Origin: Diplonema japonicum
Taxonomy: Eukaryota > Protista > Euglenozoa: Diplonemea
Reading direction: 5' to 3'
DNA length: 64,000 nucleotides
NCBI GenBank assembly: GCA_964019335.1
Contig: OZ025721.1
Coordinates: 248,001 to 312,000 of the forward strand
The notes under the pieces are model-generated. The model had not been told where the DNA came from. It saw only the letters and a program-made list of their open reading frames with translations, and did not search any database. The position numbers and the translations under genes were made by a program. Below, piece after piece: positions 20,354-31,127 of the stretch. How positions within the stretch are numbered: position 1 is the stretch's first letter; every line of letters starts with the position of its first letter.

Positions 20354-20840
20354 ATGAGTAACTATGTTTGGCACCCATTGATTCTTTTATACTGGTATGC
20401 TGTATCTGGCGCTGCGGATGTAGGTTGCTTGTTGGGGTTCGTGAAGAACGATGGGAAAATTGCGGCCGAGCTGAAGGTGGCTATGTGGGTCTTTGTGATG
20501 ATGTTCATGTTACTGTTCACCTGCTTCGTCGGGCCGCTGTTGTACCAGGCTGAGTTCTACTCACCAGACGCGGACAAGAAGCGGCATGCGGTCCACACAG
20601 CCATCACCACCTTGTGGCTTTTAACAGACACCCCGCTTGCTTTCATACACCTAACCCTTACGAACAACAGGGGCTTTGTGTCTGTGATCCAGGGAATATC
20701 TTTCGTGTTAAGAGTCATGTCGTGGGTGGTCTGTTTTGTATTCATGTGGTTGTTGGGGTTAAAAAGGGCAGCATTGTGGCTGCACGAACGAACTGGGTGC
20801 GACACAGAACTGATAGATGCGTTGAGGAGAAAGGCGAGAT

Positions 20841-20842
<2 letters not shown>
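20354..20842 (+). CDS. Small multi-pass membrane protein, function unknown
   Basis: 162-aa ATG-started ORF with 4 hydrophobic segments, flanked by homopolymer spacers. Confidence 0.7.
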
Positions 20843-20889
<47 letters not shown>

Positions 20890-20954
20890 CCAGTAAAAAA
20901 AAAATTAGGAAAAGGAGGGGGGAAAAAAAGAAGGAAAAAAAAAAAAAAAAAAAA

Positions 20955-21829
20955 ATGCGGCGGTGCACGAGGGTCCTTCTCGCGGCCCCCGAGGCCACTA
21001 CTTCTCAACAATGGCCGTTTGGTAAGCCGGAGGCAAAAGGTACCGCGCGGAAATATATCCCATACCCTAAGAAGATACTGGAAGGCGTCGCTGCCAAGAT
21101 GGCGGACAAGAAGCAAGATCCCCCCACACTGGTGTCGATCGCGAACCATCTGTCGAACCTTGGGAAGGGCTGGAAGATCGCGCGTAACCATTGGAACACA
21201 GGAAGGGAGGTCCGAACCTTCGCCACCATCACCCACATCTACAACCACCGCCCACCGTTCGAGCTGTCCAGTGCAGTAGGCTACATGACCGTGAACGGGG
21301 AAACGAGCAACTGCCCTATATACATCCCACAGCAGTCCTTCGCAGGGTGGACGGCCGTTGGTGCGCCAGAAGACGAACCAATAATCTCAAAATCCGATCG
21401 GAGAGGGAATACAGTTGAATTCAGCAACAAGCTCGTCGTCACCGGTGTGGACTACACCACTGACATACAAGATGTTAAAACACTGGCAAAAGGTAGGGAG
21501 GGGGAAAAAAAAAAAAAAAAAAAAAAAAAAAACCAGATTTCGGTTCTGTGGTGTATTGTGATTGGATCCCAGAAGCCTATGACAAGTCCACCAAGCAAGC
21601 GCTTATTATCTACGAAACAGTGGAAGAAGCCGAGGTGGCGTACGACTCCATGCATGACTATGAGTTAGATGGGCTGGTCATCGCTGTTGAACCGGTATGG
21701 GTTTTATGAAGGGGGGAAAATTATGCACAGGGTGTTCGGTTCGTCCCACGTCCCCCTAGTATCGGTGTCGAAGTTCCTGTCGACTATTCCTATGGTAAGA
21801 TGCCCACAGAGCCTTCCTTTAATTACTGA
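20955..21829 (+). CDS. Mitoribosomal mS34-like domain plus C-terminal RRM; introns 21493-21536 and 21695-21730
   Basis: Presequence-like MRRCTRVLLA. GKGWKIARNHW..FATITHI..AVGYMTVNG resembles mS34. Splicing restores the RRM KLVVTGVDY..LAK|DFGSV..ALIIYETVEEAEVAYDSMHDYELDG. Confidence 0.65.
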
Positions 21830-22272
21830 AGGGGAGAGAGAGAGAGAGAGAAAACAGGGAAGGAAGAAGAAGAAAAAGAATCAACCGAAGGCAGTGTGTG
21901 TATTATTTTATACCCCCCCCTTTTTTTTCCCTTAGCCCCTTGAAAGGAAACGATTCTGACCATTTTGAGCCCAGCCCGGGGGGGGGGGGGGGGGGGGGGA
22001 CCAGAATGATGGGTCTGGCCCTTGTAAATAAGCTGCGGGTGATGCAACTTATCTCCTGCTAGGGAGACCGCCGGTCGGCCTGTCATGGCCTTTATCGCCC
22101 AACCCGCGTATCTTGACAACTTTGGCACCCAGTCTGGTCTTTGTTTTGACCCACCGCCTGGAGCCTGGCTGCGCTGCCCAATCACTGGGCAAATCATGAA
22201 ACGCTTCAGATCTGGGTAGAAAATGTGCTCTTTTTTTTTTTTTTTTTTTTTTTTTGGTGATTTTCTTCAGGA

Positions 22273-24441
22273 ATGGCAAAAGGGGGAGGAAAATGGGGGA
22301 AAGGGGACGGTCATCGAGGGAAGGGAAGGAGGGGGGAGTGGTTTAGGAGTGAATGTGTGAACGGTGTCCAGAAGCTTTTCTGCTTCCACAACCTGAAGCT
22401 GACGGTCGACGGAACCATAGAGGCACTTCGACGCGTACCAAGCGAGGCTCAGAATACCAATGCACAGGTAGTGACACTCACGCTGCAGCAGAAGGGTTTA
22501 CCCGAAGGTTTCGTGAAGGAACACCTGGCACCGTGTTTAAAACTCCTAGGAAACTACGGTGTGCTGCTCGAGACGCTCTATCTCAGCGACAACACGCTGG
22601 GCGATGACGATCTGAAAGACTTGTGGTTTTTATGCATCGCGCCGCAATATGCGTACCAAGAACGGCACAACTATTTAGGCCGCCCCCTCCCGGCACATCT
22701 ATACCTTAATAGGAACAACTTCACACCACAGGCCATCGTCAGCTTCCTGAAGACAGTTCTCAAAAACTACCCCCAAACCCAAAGAGCCAGGCCCACATGG
22801 ATCAGTTTCGAGAAGGAACCCAGAAGCATGGACTGGGTCTTGCTCCTCAACGAACTACGAGAGGATATTGACACCCTGTATGATGACCTCTGCATCGTCA
22901 CAAAGCGAGAAGTTTCAGATGTATGCGGTGACAACTGCATGGCGAATGCAAAAGTACATTTGCAAGTATATGACAATGCTCCCTGGTTGAAGGGAATCAT
23001 CAAGATGTGGTCGCACGAATCCAAAAACTATGTAAAGCTGACTCATGGGTTCCGCAACTCCTTCGCCCGTCAGCAAGGCTGTCTCAGTGGTTGCCTTGCC
23101 AACAACATACGACTGGACGTTTCTGGCCACTGCAGCCTTGCCTTCCTCCCTGGCATGATCAAAGAGCTAAACAACACCCGAGAGCAGCACGGCGTCGTCG
23201 TCTCGTCGCTGAACATGAAGGGCAACAACATGACTGACACAGACCTCTTCGAACTGGTCAGAATGTGGCTTGTCCCGCAGCTTCGATGGTGGGAGAAGAA
23301 CCCCGGTTCGCCTCCGCTTCCGCATTTCTTTGACTTCTCGGAGAACCGTATCACAGAATCGGGTGTCAACTACTTCCATGAACGCGTAGAGAGCTTCTAC
23401 ACAGAAACACCGTGCGAGGTACGCTTCACCGCCAACAACATAACCGGCAGCCTTGTGAAGGACACTACCTTCCGTCAGTTAAACTCGCGTCTTTACGACT
23501 TTCATCGTAAAAACCCGGAATACCTCGGCACCAAGGATCTCATCATCTGTGTGGGTGACGAAGTGAAGTCTTTGATCTACGGGGATGCGAGCGTTCCGAA
23601 GTTCATGGATAGCAGGCACTACCCCCGGATCTGCAAGGAGCAAAAGGTGCTGTTTGTTTTCCTTGAGTCGTCGTGGGAGAGGTTCAAAGGACTGCCTACG
23701 ACAAACACGGCCGCTCAGACTTTAGAACATCTGGTGTCAGACGGATTGGCCTGCTTGGCCCCTATCCCCTGCGATGTGCAGGGCAAGTTCACTGCTGCAG
23801 AACTCACCAGCAAGCTATCGAACAGGCTTCACGTGGAGTGCGTGTTATGGTCCACTACGGTTAATCCCGACACGTTAGAAAAGTCACCTTCTTACATCCT
23901 AGAACGTTTGAGTACAGAGCAGCCAAGCAAGGTTGAATTTATAAACAAAGCCATCGAACTTCTGAGTGATTGCGCTACGACAGCGGGCGACAAGGAGGAG
24001 GTGCAGGTCCTCCAAGCTTCTCTGCGTCTCTTGCTGCACGAGAAGGATTCAAGACGAAGTGAAGTCGTTCCGGTACCCCCTGCTACTGTTACGTCAAAAC
24101 AGGAAGAAGATCGTAAAGAACAAGTGGAAGTGCCTGAAGCATGTGTGGCGGACTCCACAGGTCAAGAGGAAGAAAAACCAGATGAAGAGCAGATGGTTGA
24201 AACATGTGAAGACAAAAAGACGAACGAGCACGATGGAGATGGAGATGAGAAACTACCCGAAGAGAAAATAGAAAGAACCGAGAAGGGAGATGGAGAAATT
24301 GCTTCGGAAATTGACCATACAAATGGGACAATAGATGAAACAGAGGAATGTGAGAAAAAAGATGAATGTGAGAAGAAAGGTGAATGTGAGAAGAAGGACG
24401 ACGAGCGAAAAGAATTAGAACAAAGCGAGAAAGAAGAGTAA
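22273..24441 (+). CDS. Degenerate leucine-rich-repeat protein with an acidic tail
   Basis: LETLYLSDNTLGD, LYLNRNNFT, LNMKGNNMTD, FDFSENRITE; E/K-rich C-terminus. Confidence 0.7.
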   Translation: MAKGGGKWGKGDGHRGKGRRGEWFRSECVNGVQKLFCFHNLKLTVDGTIEALRRVPSEAQNTNAQVVTLTLQQKGLPEGFVKEHLAPCLKLLGNYGVLLETLYLSDNTLGDDDLKDLWFLCIAPQYAYQERHNYLGRPLPAHLYLNRNNFTPQAIVSFLKTVLKNYPQTQRARPTWISFEKEPRSMDWVLLLNELREDIDTLYDDLCIVTKREVSDVCGDNCMANAKVHLQVYDNAPWLKGIIKMWSHESKNYVKLTHGFRNSFARQQGCLSGCLANNIRLDVSGHCSLAFLPGMIKELNNTREQHGVVVSSLNMKGNNMTDTDLFELVRMWLVPQLRWWEKNPGSPPLPHFFDFSENRITESGVNYFHERVESFYTETPCEVRFTANNITGSLVKDTTFRQLNSRLYDFHRKNPEYLGTKDLIICVGDEVKSLIYGDASVPKFMDSRHYPRICKEQKVLFVFLESSWERFKGLPTTNTAAQTLEHLVSDGLACLAPIPCDVQGKFTAAELTSKLSNRLHVECVLWSTTVNPDTLEKSPSYILERLSTEQPSKVEFINKAIELLSDCATTAGDKEEVQVLQASLRLLLHEKDSRRSEVVPVPPATVTSKQEEDRKEQVEVPEACVADSTGQEEEKPDEEQMVETCEDKKTNEHDGDGDEKLPEEKIERTEKGDGEIASEIDHTNGTIDETEECEKKDECEKKGECEKKDDERKELEQSEKEE

Positions 24442-25056
24442 AAGGCGGTGGCCTTGTATTCCTATATAATTCAGGAAAGCGCCAAGAAGAAAAAAAGGAG
24501 AGGAAGGGGAAGGGAAGGTTTACAGTGGCGTCTTTCTAACTTTTTTTTTTACCCCTTACAAAAAAAAAAAAAGGACTTCTTATCCTTATGCAACCCTGTG
24601 CCGGTCAAATTAAAAAAAAAGTTTTTTCTTTTTTATTTATTCGCTCGTGGGAAACATAAGTCATAAAGAATTGCTTTCTTTCCATTCCCTACCCCCAACC
24701 TTAAAATCCAGGAAACCCTTTTCACGTGCGTTGGTTGTTCTCGGTTCCCTTTTGTAGTTGCTGAGTTTAACCCGGGAAGGAGTAAATTCAAGCGCCACAT
24801 TTAGTTTCGCTGTCCGAAAAATATTTTTTTCGTTTTCTTTTTTTGCAAAACTACCAAACTCAGCCTGCATTGTGTTCTACAATGGAACAAAAAGGTTCTC
24901 TTTTTTTTCTTTTTTTTTCTTCTTTTTTTTTCTTCTTTTTTTGTTTTGTTTCTCTTTGCCTTAATCGAGAGAGAGTGTTCCTCCTTTTTTTTTTTCTCAT
25001 TTTTCTCCTTCACCCATCAATGTCACCATCAGAAGGCCCTCCCCTGCAACAATGTC

Positions 25057-26592
25057 ATGACCAGGCTGAGCGTCAAGAGCGCGTGGCTTCTCCAACACAC
25101 GAAGTACGAGAAGAGTAAGAAATATGTCCAAGTGGTCATCGAAGCCTTTCGAGACAAAGCAGTGGATTATTGGGGGTTGGATGCGAATGGTTTGGTGCAG
25201 GTTGCGGGTTATGTGTACAAGCACGGTGGGCAGAAGGGATGCTGTGTTGTCCTTCAAAGCATGCTGTCTGGCAGGAAAAGAGTACGCGTTCTCAGAAACT
25301 CTTCCGACGCCTCTGCAGAAATTCTTACATGTGCAGCCCGGTCTCGTTATCGTGGATGTGGTCTTGCAGGCCTTGAAGATGCGGTGAAAAAATCGATTTC
25401 GAGAACAGGTTCGATTCAGACTCTCACAACTATTTTGTATCTCGTAGCGGTGGATAGTATGCAACTGGACCGGCACAGAACCGACAAAGTCATAAGATTT
25501 TTAACGAGAAACATCCAGCGTCTGAAAGACGCACAACGTGCAAGCTTTGTTTGGTCGCTGGCGAGGTTGAAGGGAGAATTTTCACCTCAGGTAGAGGAAG
25601 TCTTCAAACATCTCCAGATCCATCCCATGACAGACCCAGAGCACGGGTCTCGCGTGGCGAAGACCTGCCACCTGAGCATACCCGCAGCGTTGCTGAAGCA
25701 AATCTGCAAAAACGTTATTGAGAATGGGAACGCATCCCACGTCGTTCAAGTTCTCCACGCTGTTTCAGCATGTTTCACCGATATTTCCAATGAAGCGTCC
25801 CTGCTTTCCTTCACGGCTGCTCAGGACCCCTCCCTCACCCTCCCTCAGATCGCGAGGATCTTCTCCTTCCTTTCAGAGATAGGAGCTCGTTCCACCTACT
25901 TAAACATTGTCGCATGGACAAAACTGGAAAGAATGAGCGAGGAGGATTTGAAACGACTACGAAGAGTAGACCTGGCAAGATTGCTGACTGGTTGGACCAA
26001 AAAAAACACGGTTTTTTTCGACGAGGTTCACAAGAAGTTGCGGTCGATTTTGGAAGAAGAAAACCGACAGGAGGAATTGGTTCCGGTGGTGCCGTTGCCC
26101 AGAAGATTTTTCCAGCAAGCAGAAGCCATGCACGCGAAAGGTGTTTATTTGACAGTTGTAAGGGTTTACAATGAGAGGAACAGGTACACCAGGAAGTCTC
26201 TCGACAATTTTTTCTCAAAGTGCGGTTCGAAGTTGCTCTCGCTGCCCCCCACTGCGGAGAACATCACTCAGGTTCTGTTGCCCTACGCCACCTTGGCCTT
26301 CCACTATCCGCCTGTTGTTCGAAAAGCCACCAACTACCTTCCTACCACCACCCTGAGCCCACGAAACACTCTTCCCGAACACCTCGATGCCCCAATGGTC
26401 CTTTGGGCCTTGCTCCGACTTTCAGCCAATGACCTCACCACATTTACCCTCTTAGGACGCACGATAAGAACATACTTTCCGAAGCAAAAAGAATCATGGG
26501 CGTCCGGATTAGATCTTGTTCGAAAACAGTTGGAGGGCATGCCCCCCAGAAACCATGTGAAAAAAGCGGTCGGGCTTATACCGAGGGACTGA
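25057..26592 (+). CDS. Helical-repeat protein (FASTK/HPR-like), possibly mitochondrial RNA-binding
   Basis: Motifs ASFVWSLARL, TQVLLPYATL, MVLWALLRL; basic N-terminus. Family assignment is tentative. Confidence 0.55.
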   Translation: MTRLSVKSAWLLQHTKYEKSKKYVQVVIEAFRDKAVDYWGLDANGLVQVAGYVYKHGGQKGCCVVLQSMLSGRKRVRVLRNSSDASAEILTCAARSRYRGCGLAGLEDAVKKSISRTGSIQTLTTILYLVAVDSMQLDRHRTDKVIRFLTRNIQRLKDAQRASFVWSLARLKGEFSPQVEEVFKHLQIHPMTDPEHGSRVAKTCHLSIPAALLKQICKNVIENGNASHVVQVLHAVSACFTDISNEASLLSFTAAQDPSLTLPQIARIFSFLSEIGARSTYLNIVAWTKLERMSEEDLKRLRRVDLARLLTGWTKKNTVFFDEVHKKLRSILEEENRQEELVPVVPLPRRFFQQAEAMHAKGVYLTVVRVYNERNRYTRKSLDNFFSKCGSKLLSLPPTAENITQVLLPYATLAFHYPPVVRKATNYLPTTTLSPRNTLPEHLDAPMVLWALLRLSANDLTTFTLLGRTIRTYFPKQKESWASGLDLVRKQLEGMPPRNHVKKAVGLIPRD

Positions 26593-26651
26593 TGTCCTTT
26601 TTTTCTTCTTTTTTTCTTTTCGGAAAAAAAAATATATATATATATATATAT

Positions 26652-28234
26652 GTGGCATCGTTTCAAAACCCCCCCCCCCCAAAAATGAGGCCAATTGACA
26701 CTTTCAATATTTCTCTAAGTACTTTTTCCCAAAAAAAAAAAATTCTACAACTTTCCCGGCCCAGATTAGGAAAGAAAACACCCCAGAAAATGGGAAAGTG
26801 AGTGTTACTGGTACCCAGAAAATTCAGTCCTAGGGGCAAAAATGGGTTTTTTCACTTTGCACAAATTCAGTAAAAGAGGGGGTGACAAAAATGGATGCTT
26901 TTAAACTTGCTGTTGAGAAGCTAGGGGTAAAAAAAAATGGTATTCGGACCGAGAAAGGGTAAATGGGAACACCACGGTGATCAGGACACTCGCCACAGAG
27001 GTTTTTGAGAAGCTCAGTGGCAACGACTGTGCTGCACTAGTTTGTGGCGTAGTGTGTAAAGGGGAACTTCTAGCGGCACTTCTGCTATCATTTTCTGGTT
27101 GATTTAGTAGCCAACAAGACACCACACGGCGCCAATTGGTCAGAGGCATGAGGCTTGACCACATCACACATGATGAAATAAGGGCAGCTGGCCTTACTGT
27201 TGGAAAAGTCTTGTTCCACAGTAGCATGGGCACAGAAAAAAATAAAGAAAAAAATGGAGTGGATACTCTGGACTGACGGTGGGCGTCACTTTCGTGCAAA
27301 GGAATTTTGCTACTTTGTTCTTTTTGGTCTTCGTTATGTATATCCCGATCGGACGTTTTCCCTGTGGTTTCTGGGGGAGAAACACGGCAAAAACAACAGG
27401 GACAGCCACTTTGGTGTGCTCTCTCGTGTTTTTTGGTTTTGGGTGCCTCGTTCCACAACAATTAAAACTGTGGAACAAATAGGTAACATCACCAATACGA
27501 TACGGTGCGCCATGCATGTAGTTACTGATGTCTTTGGCCGTACAAAAAGAAAATTCTTGAGTTTCCGGATTTTACAGGTGCATATGAGCTCAGGAGCACA
27601 CCGGAGGGTGTATTTGCTACGTGTGCGTCCAGCTAGAAAGAACTAAAGTACATCATCAAAGAACTCGCTGCAGACAGGGCAGAGAAAAGGCCCCCAGTCT
27701 ATGAATCTTGTGATGAGTATGAGGACGTTCCTGATAGCCTTCCCAGACTTGAAAAACGAGAAAGAATAGTAACCAAATTACAAAAATACTCGACACCCCA
27801 TGACAAGCCCAAAGCACCAAGTACACCTACGAATGAGCCTCTTAAAACCCCCCAAAATGCGGTAGAAGGCCTAATAGTATGAAAAAGAAACGAGGTCGCC
27901 CACTCAGCAGCAGCACATCTCAGCCGCAGAAGACTAGGAAATGAAGGTTTCCACTTCCAACATCATTTCAGCCACCTTCTAGTAGTGAGTTCCGCTATTT
28001 CTTGCTATTGAAAGCATACTCTCTGACTTGACCAAAACCACTAAAACCCGATTTTGACCCTAAAACTGAATTTTTCATAGGTCAAAATAGCACTCTTGAG
28101 CGATTTCTGACCCGGGTTCTTTCCTAATATGGGCCGGGAAATATGGAGAATTTTTTTTAAAGGGGGCGGCATGCCCAAAGATGCAACGAAAGTGTCAATT
28201 GGCCTCATTTTGGGGGGGGTTTTGAAATCGACCC
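26652..28234 (+). mobile_element. Degenerate DNA transposon with long TIRs (Sola-like) inserted in a (TA)n tract
   Basis: About 200-bp imperfect TIRs (26652-26850 / 28043-28234; shared TTTCAAAACCCC..AAAATGAGGCCAATTGACACTTTC). (TA)n on both flanks. Internal transposase relic. Confidence 0.85.
27200..27646 (+). pseudogene. Transposase catalytic-core fragment
   Basis: WTDGGRHF (27269) and FLGEKHGKNNRDSHFG (His at 27383) resemble the D..HGKxxxD core of Sola-type transposases. The flanking frame is disrupted. Confidence 0.65.
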
Positions 28235-28273
28235 ATATATATATATATATAGGAGGGGAAAAAAAAAAGTCAG

Positions 28274-30111
28274 ATGCTGAGAAATGTCTTTGGGAAATCG
28301 GTGACGAGGAGGCACGTCGCACAGCTGAGAAAATGCATGACGCCCGCAGAGGAGGCGGAGCTGAAGCACGGCGGGGACAACGGGGAGACGATGAACCTCT
28401 TTACGGTACGCCGCTGGGAGAAAAAAAAGAGGGGGTAAAAAAACACACCACAGGCTGTCAACAGCGCACTGGACTGCGCGATGGCAGCAGACGACAAGGT
28501 CTCGCTCTTCGGTGAAGATGTGAACTTCGGTGGTGTGTTCAGATGCAGCTTAGGGTTGGCCGACAAATACGGAAAGGGTATGAAGTGGGGAGAACGGAAA
28601 CGAAACTAAATCAGATCGCGTGTTTAACACCCCCCTTTCTGAGCAGGGTATCGCTGGGTTCGCCATTGGGATGGCAGTCATGGTATCCTACATTTCCCCA
28701 CCATCTAAAAAAAAACAAAAACCAAGGGACACAAACCTGTTGCGGAAATCCAGTTCGCGGATTACATCTTCCCTGCATTTGACCAGATTGTGAACGAGGC
28801 AGCAAAGTACCGTTTCCGATCTGGTGGTCAGTTCAACTGTGGTGGGATTACCTTCCGGTCACCGTGCGGGGCTGTTGGTCACGGTGGGCTGTACCACTCC
28901 CAGTCTGTCGAAGCATACTTCGCACACTGTGCAGGTCTTAAAATCGTGGTGCCTAGCACACCCGCAGATGCCAAAGGGCTTCTGCTCGCTTGCATTGAAG
29001 ACCCCGACCCGTGCCTCTTCTTCGAACCCAAAATTCTTTACCGAACAGCTGAAGAAAAAGTCAACCGTGATGCATTCGTGCTCCCCATCGGCAAGGGCCG
29101 GATGATCAAGGAAGGTTCCGACGTCACAGTTGTCGGGTGGGGCACCCTCGTCTCGGAGAACGGCGCGCTCACCAAAGCCGTGCAGATGGCAGAGGAGGCG
29201 GGCATCAGCTGCGAGTTCATCGACCTGCGCAGTATCAGCCCCTGGGACCAGGAGATGGTCACCAACTCCGTTCAGAAAACAGGCCGCCTTGTCGTCTCGC
29301 ACGAAGCCAGCAAAACCAACGGCTTCGGTGCCGAAATCATCTCGACTGTGACCGCAGAATGCTTCTTGAGCCTGGAAGCACCTCCTACCCGAGTATGTTT
29401 TTTTTTCTTCTTTGGGATTTGTTCATCGGCAACGGCAAGCGAGAGCGATAGCGCCCAGGAGGTTCAAGTTGGCACTGCTTTGCCTTCGCGACGACTTCTT
29501 TTTGCACCTCCTCAGCCTCCGCCTTCCAGGCCTGTTCTATGGTGACAGCTTCCATGAGAGTTCCTGTTGCTTCGCCTTGTAATAATAATAATAAATGAAC
29601 GTATCTAACGAAAGGAGGAAAGGAATGAGATTACCTTGTAACTTCTGCTAAACTATCCATACGTACCGAGGACGGAGGTGGGGCCGGTTCGTGGGCTCCA
29701 GTGTTCGCGACTTCGCCCACCTCCGTGACCCCGGCAGCTCTCCACCGCTCCTCTGCTACGTTACCCTTTCTCTCTGGTGTCGCAGCGTGCTTTGGGCAGT
29801 CAGGGGTAAACTAAAGTCTTGAGAGAAATGGAACCATACAAATATTCGCCTTGTTATCATACGTTAACATAATTCTGACACGTGTAAATCACGCCCAGCA
29901 GAATTCCATGTCCGTGTGGCTCAATGGAAGAGCGCCTGACTACGAATCAGGCGGTTGCAGGTTCGAGTCCTGCCTCGGATGTTTTTTTAATCATACAAAA
30001 ATTTCACAGGTTTGTGGTTTGGACACTCCGTTCCCCCTCATCCACGAGAAGCTGTGGCTCCCCAACGAGCACAAGAATTTCGATGCCATCAAAGCAGCTG
30101 TTGGGTACTAG
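28274..30111 (+). CDS. BCKDHB: Branched-chain 2-oxo acid dehydrogenase E1 beta; introns 28406-28453, 28578-28614, 28683-28726, 29393-30009
   Basis: Spliced protein [17 protein letters not shown]|[59 protein letters not shown]|VCGLDTPFP. Confidence 0.95.
29581..29844 (-). mobile_element. RIME/NARTc-like short non-autonomous retroelement in BCKDHB intron 4
   Basis: 10-bp TSD TTCGCCTTGT (29571-29580 and 29845-29854); (TTA)n tail. 29581-29744 matches the LINE 3' end at 60739-60964 (with an internal deletion). The reverse complement of 29755-29806 matches the LINE 5' region 48299-48351. Confidence 0.9.
29910..29981 (+). tRNA. tRNA-Arg(ACG), intronic, same strand as host gene
   Basis: Cloverleaf GTCCGTG..CCTGA-CT-ACG-AA-TCAGG..GCAGG-TTCGAGT-CCTGC-CTCGGAT-G; T7 terminator. 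Confidence 0.95.
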
Positions 30112-30624
30112 GCCGGCAAATGTTTATGCTAATGAATAAGAACAGGCTTTGTTTTGCTTTCCCTTACTTCGCTTGCAGTATCAAGGTTTAATAGTTAAGA
30201 AGAAAAGAAAAAAAAAGCGCGAGGAAAGAAAGGGAGAAAAAGCTTTAAAAAAAAAAAAGAAAAAAAACGTGTGTGGCCGCTTCGCCTCAAGTAGGGCGGA
30301 ATGTGCCCATAAAACAAATCTGTACTTCCGACATTATATTCACAAAGTATAAATAAACAAAGCACACACCCCGAAATCCCATTCCCCAAATGTCTCTCCA
30401 CAATCAGATGTGCAATCCCCCTCTTTTTTCTCGTCCCCATCTTCTCCCTTTCCCCCCCCTTCTTTTTCCTTTTCATAAACCCCCCCAAAAAAAAAACGTG
30501 ACCCGCTACCACCACCACCATCCACAGGTCCTTTTTCCTCTAGTGAGAAGGGGATGCCTTCGGGTGGCGGTGCCTTAAAAGGGGTGTGCTTTATTATTCT
30601 TTTGACTCTTTTCCCCTTTGTCCA

Positions 30625-30678
<54 letters not shown>

Positions 30679-31127
30679 TTTTTTATTTCCTTTGCCATGG
30701 TTCGATTCTGGAATGTCAATGTTTTCATATATCTGAAACAAATCTGCGATGCCCCCCTGCAGTGGGATTAAGTCAGATGTGGGTGCCTAACCAGCATGCT
30801 CCTTCATATGTTAAACGTTAAACAAATGTTAACCTTAAACAAAGACTCATCAAGATGATCTCGGGATTTTCTTCTTTCAAAAGACTTTCTTCTTTCAAAA
30901 GATTTTCTTCTGACAGAATAGGAAATTTGAACTCTGAAAACCAAGGTTTCCAGCAGCGCAATTTTACTATATAAATATTAGGCCCCGTAGTCCTTTAGCA
31001 TGCGGTGCTACCACCCTCTATTTTTTCGTTCCCCCCCCCCCCCTTCACACAACAAAGGAACACATCTTGTTTGTTTTTTTGTTCCTCTTCACACGAAAAA
31101 AAAAAAAAAAAGAAATTGATCAGAATA

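Noticed and set aside
21950-22230. Possible decayed MITE (CATTTT..CCCAG / CTGGG..AAAATG)
   Set aside because: Inverted match is too short and no TSD is evident.
30866-30912. Short TTTCTTCTTTCAAAAGA tandem duplication
   Set aside because: About 2.5 copies of simple sequence; no evidence of function.
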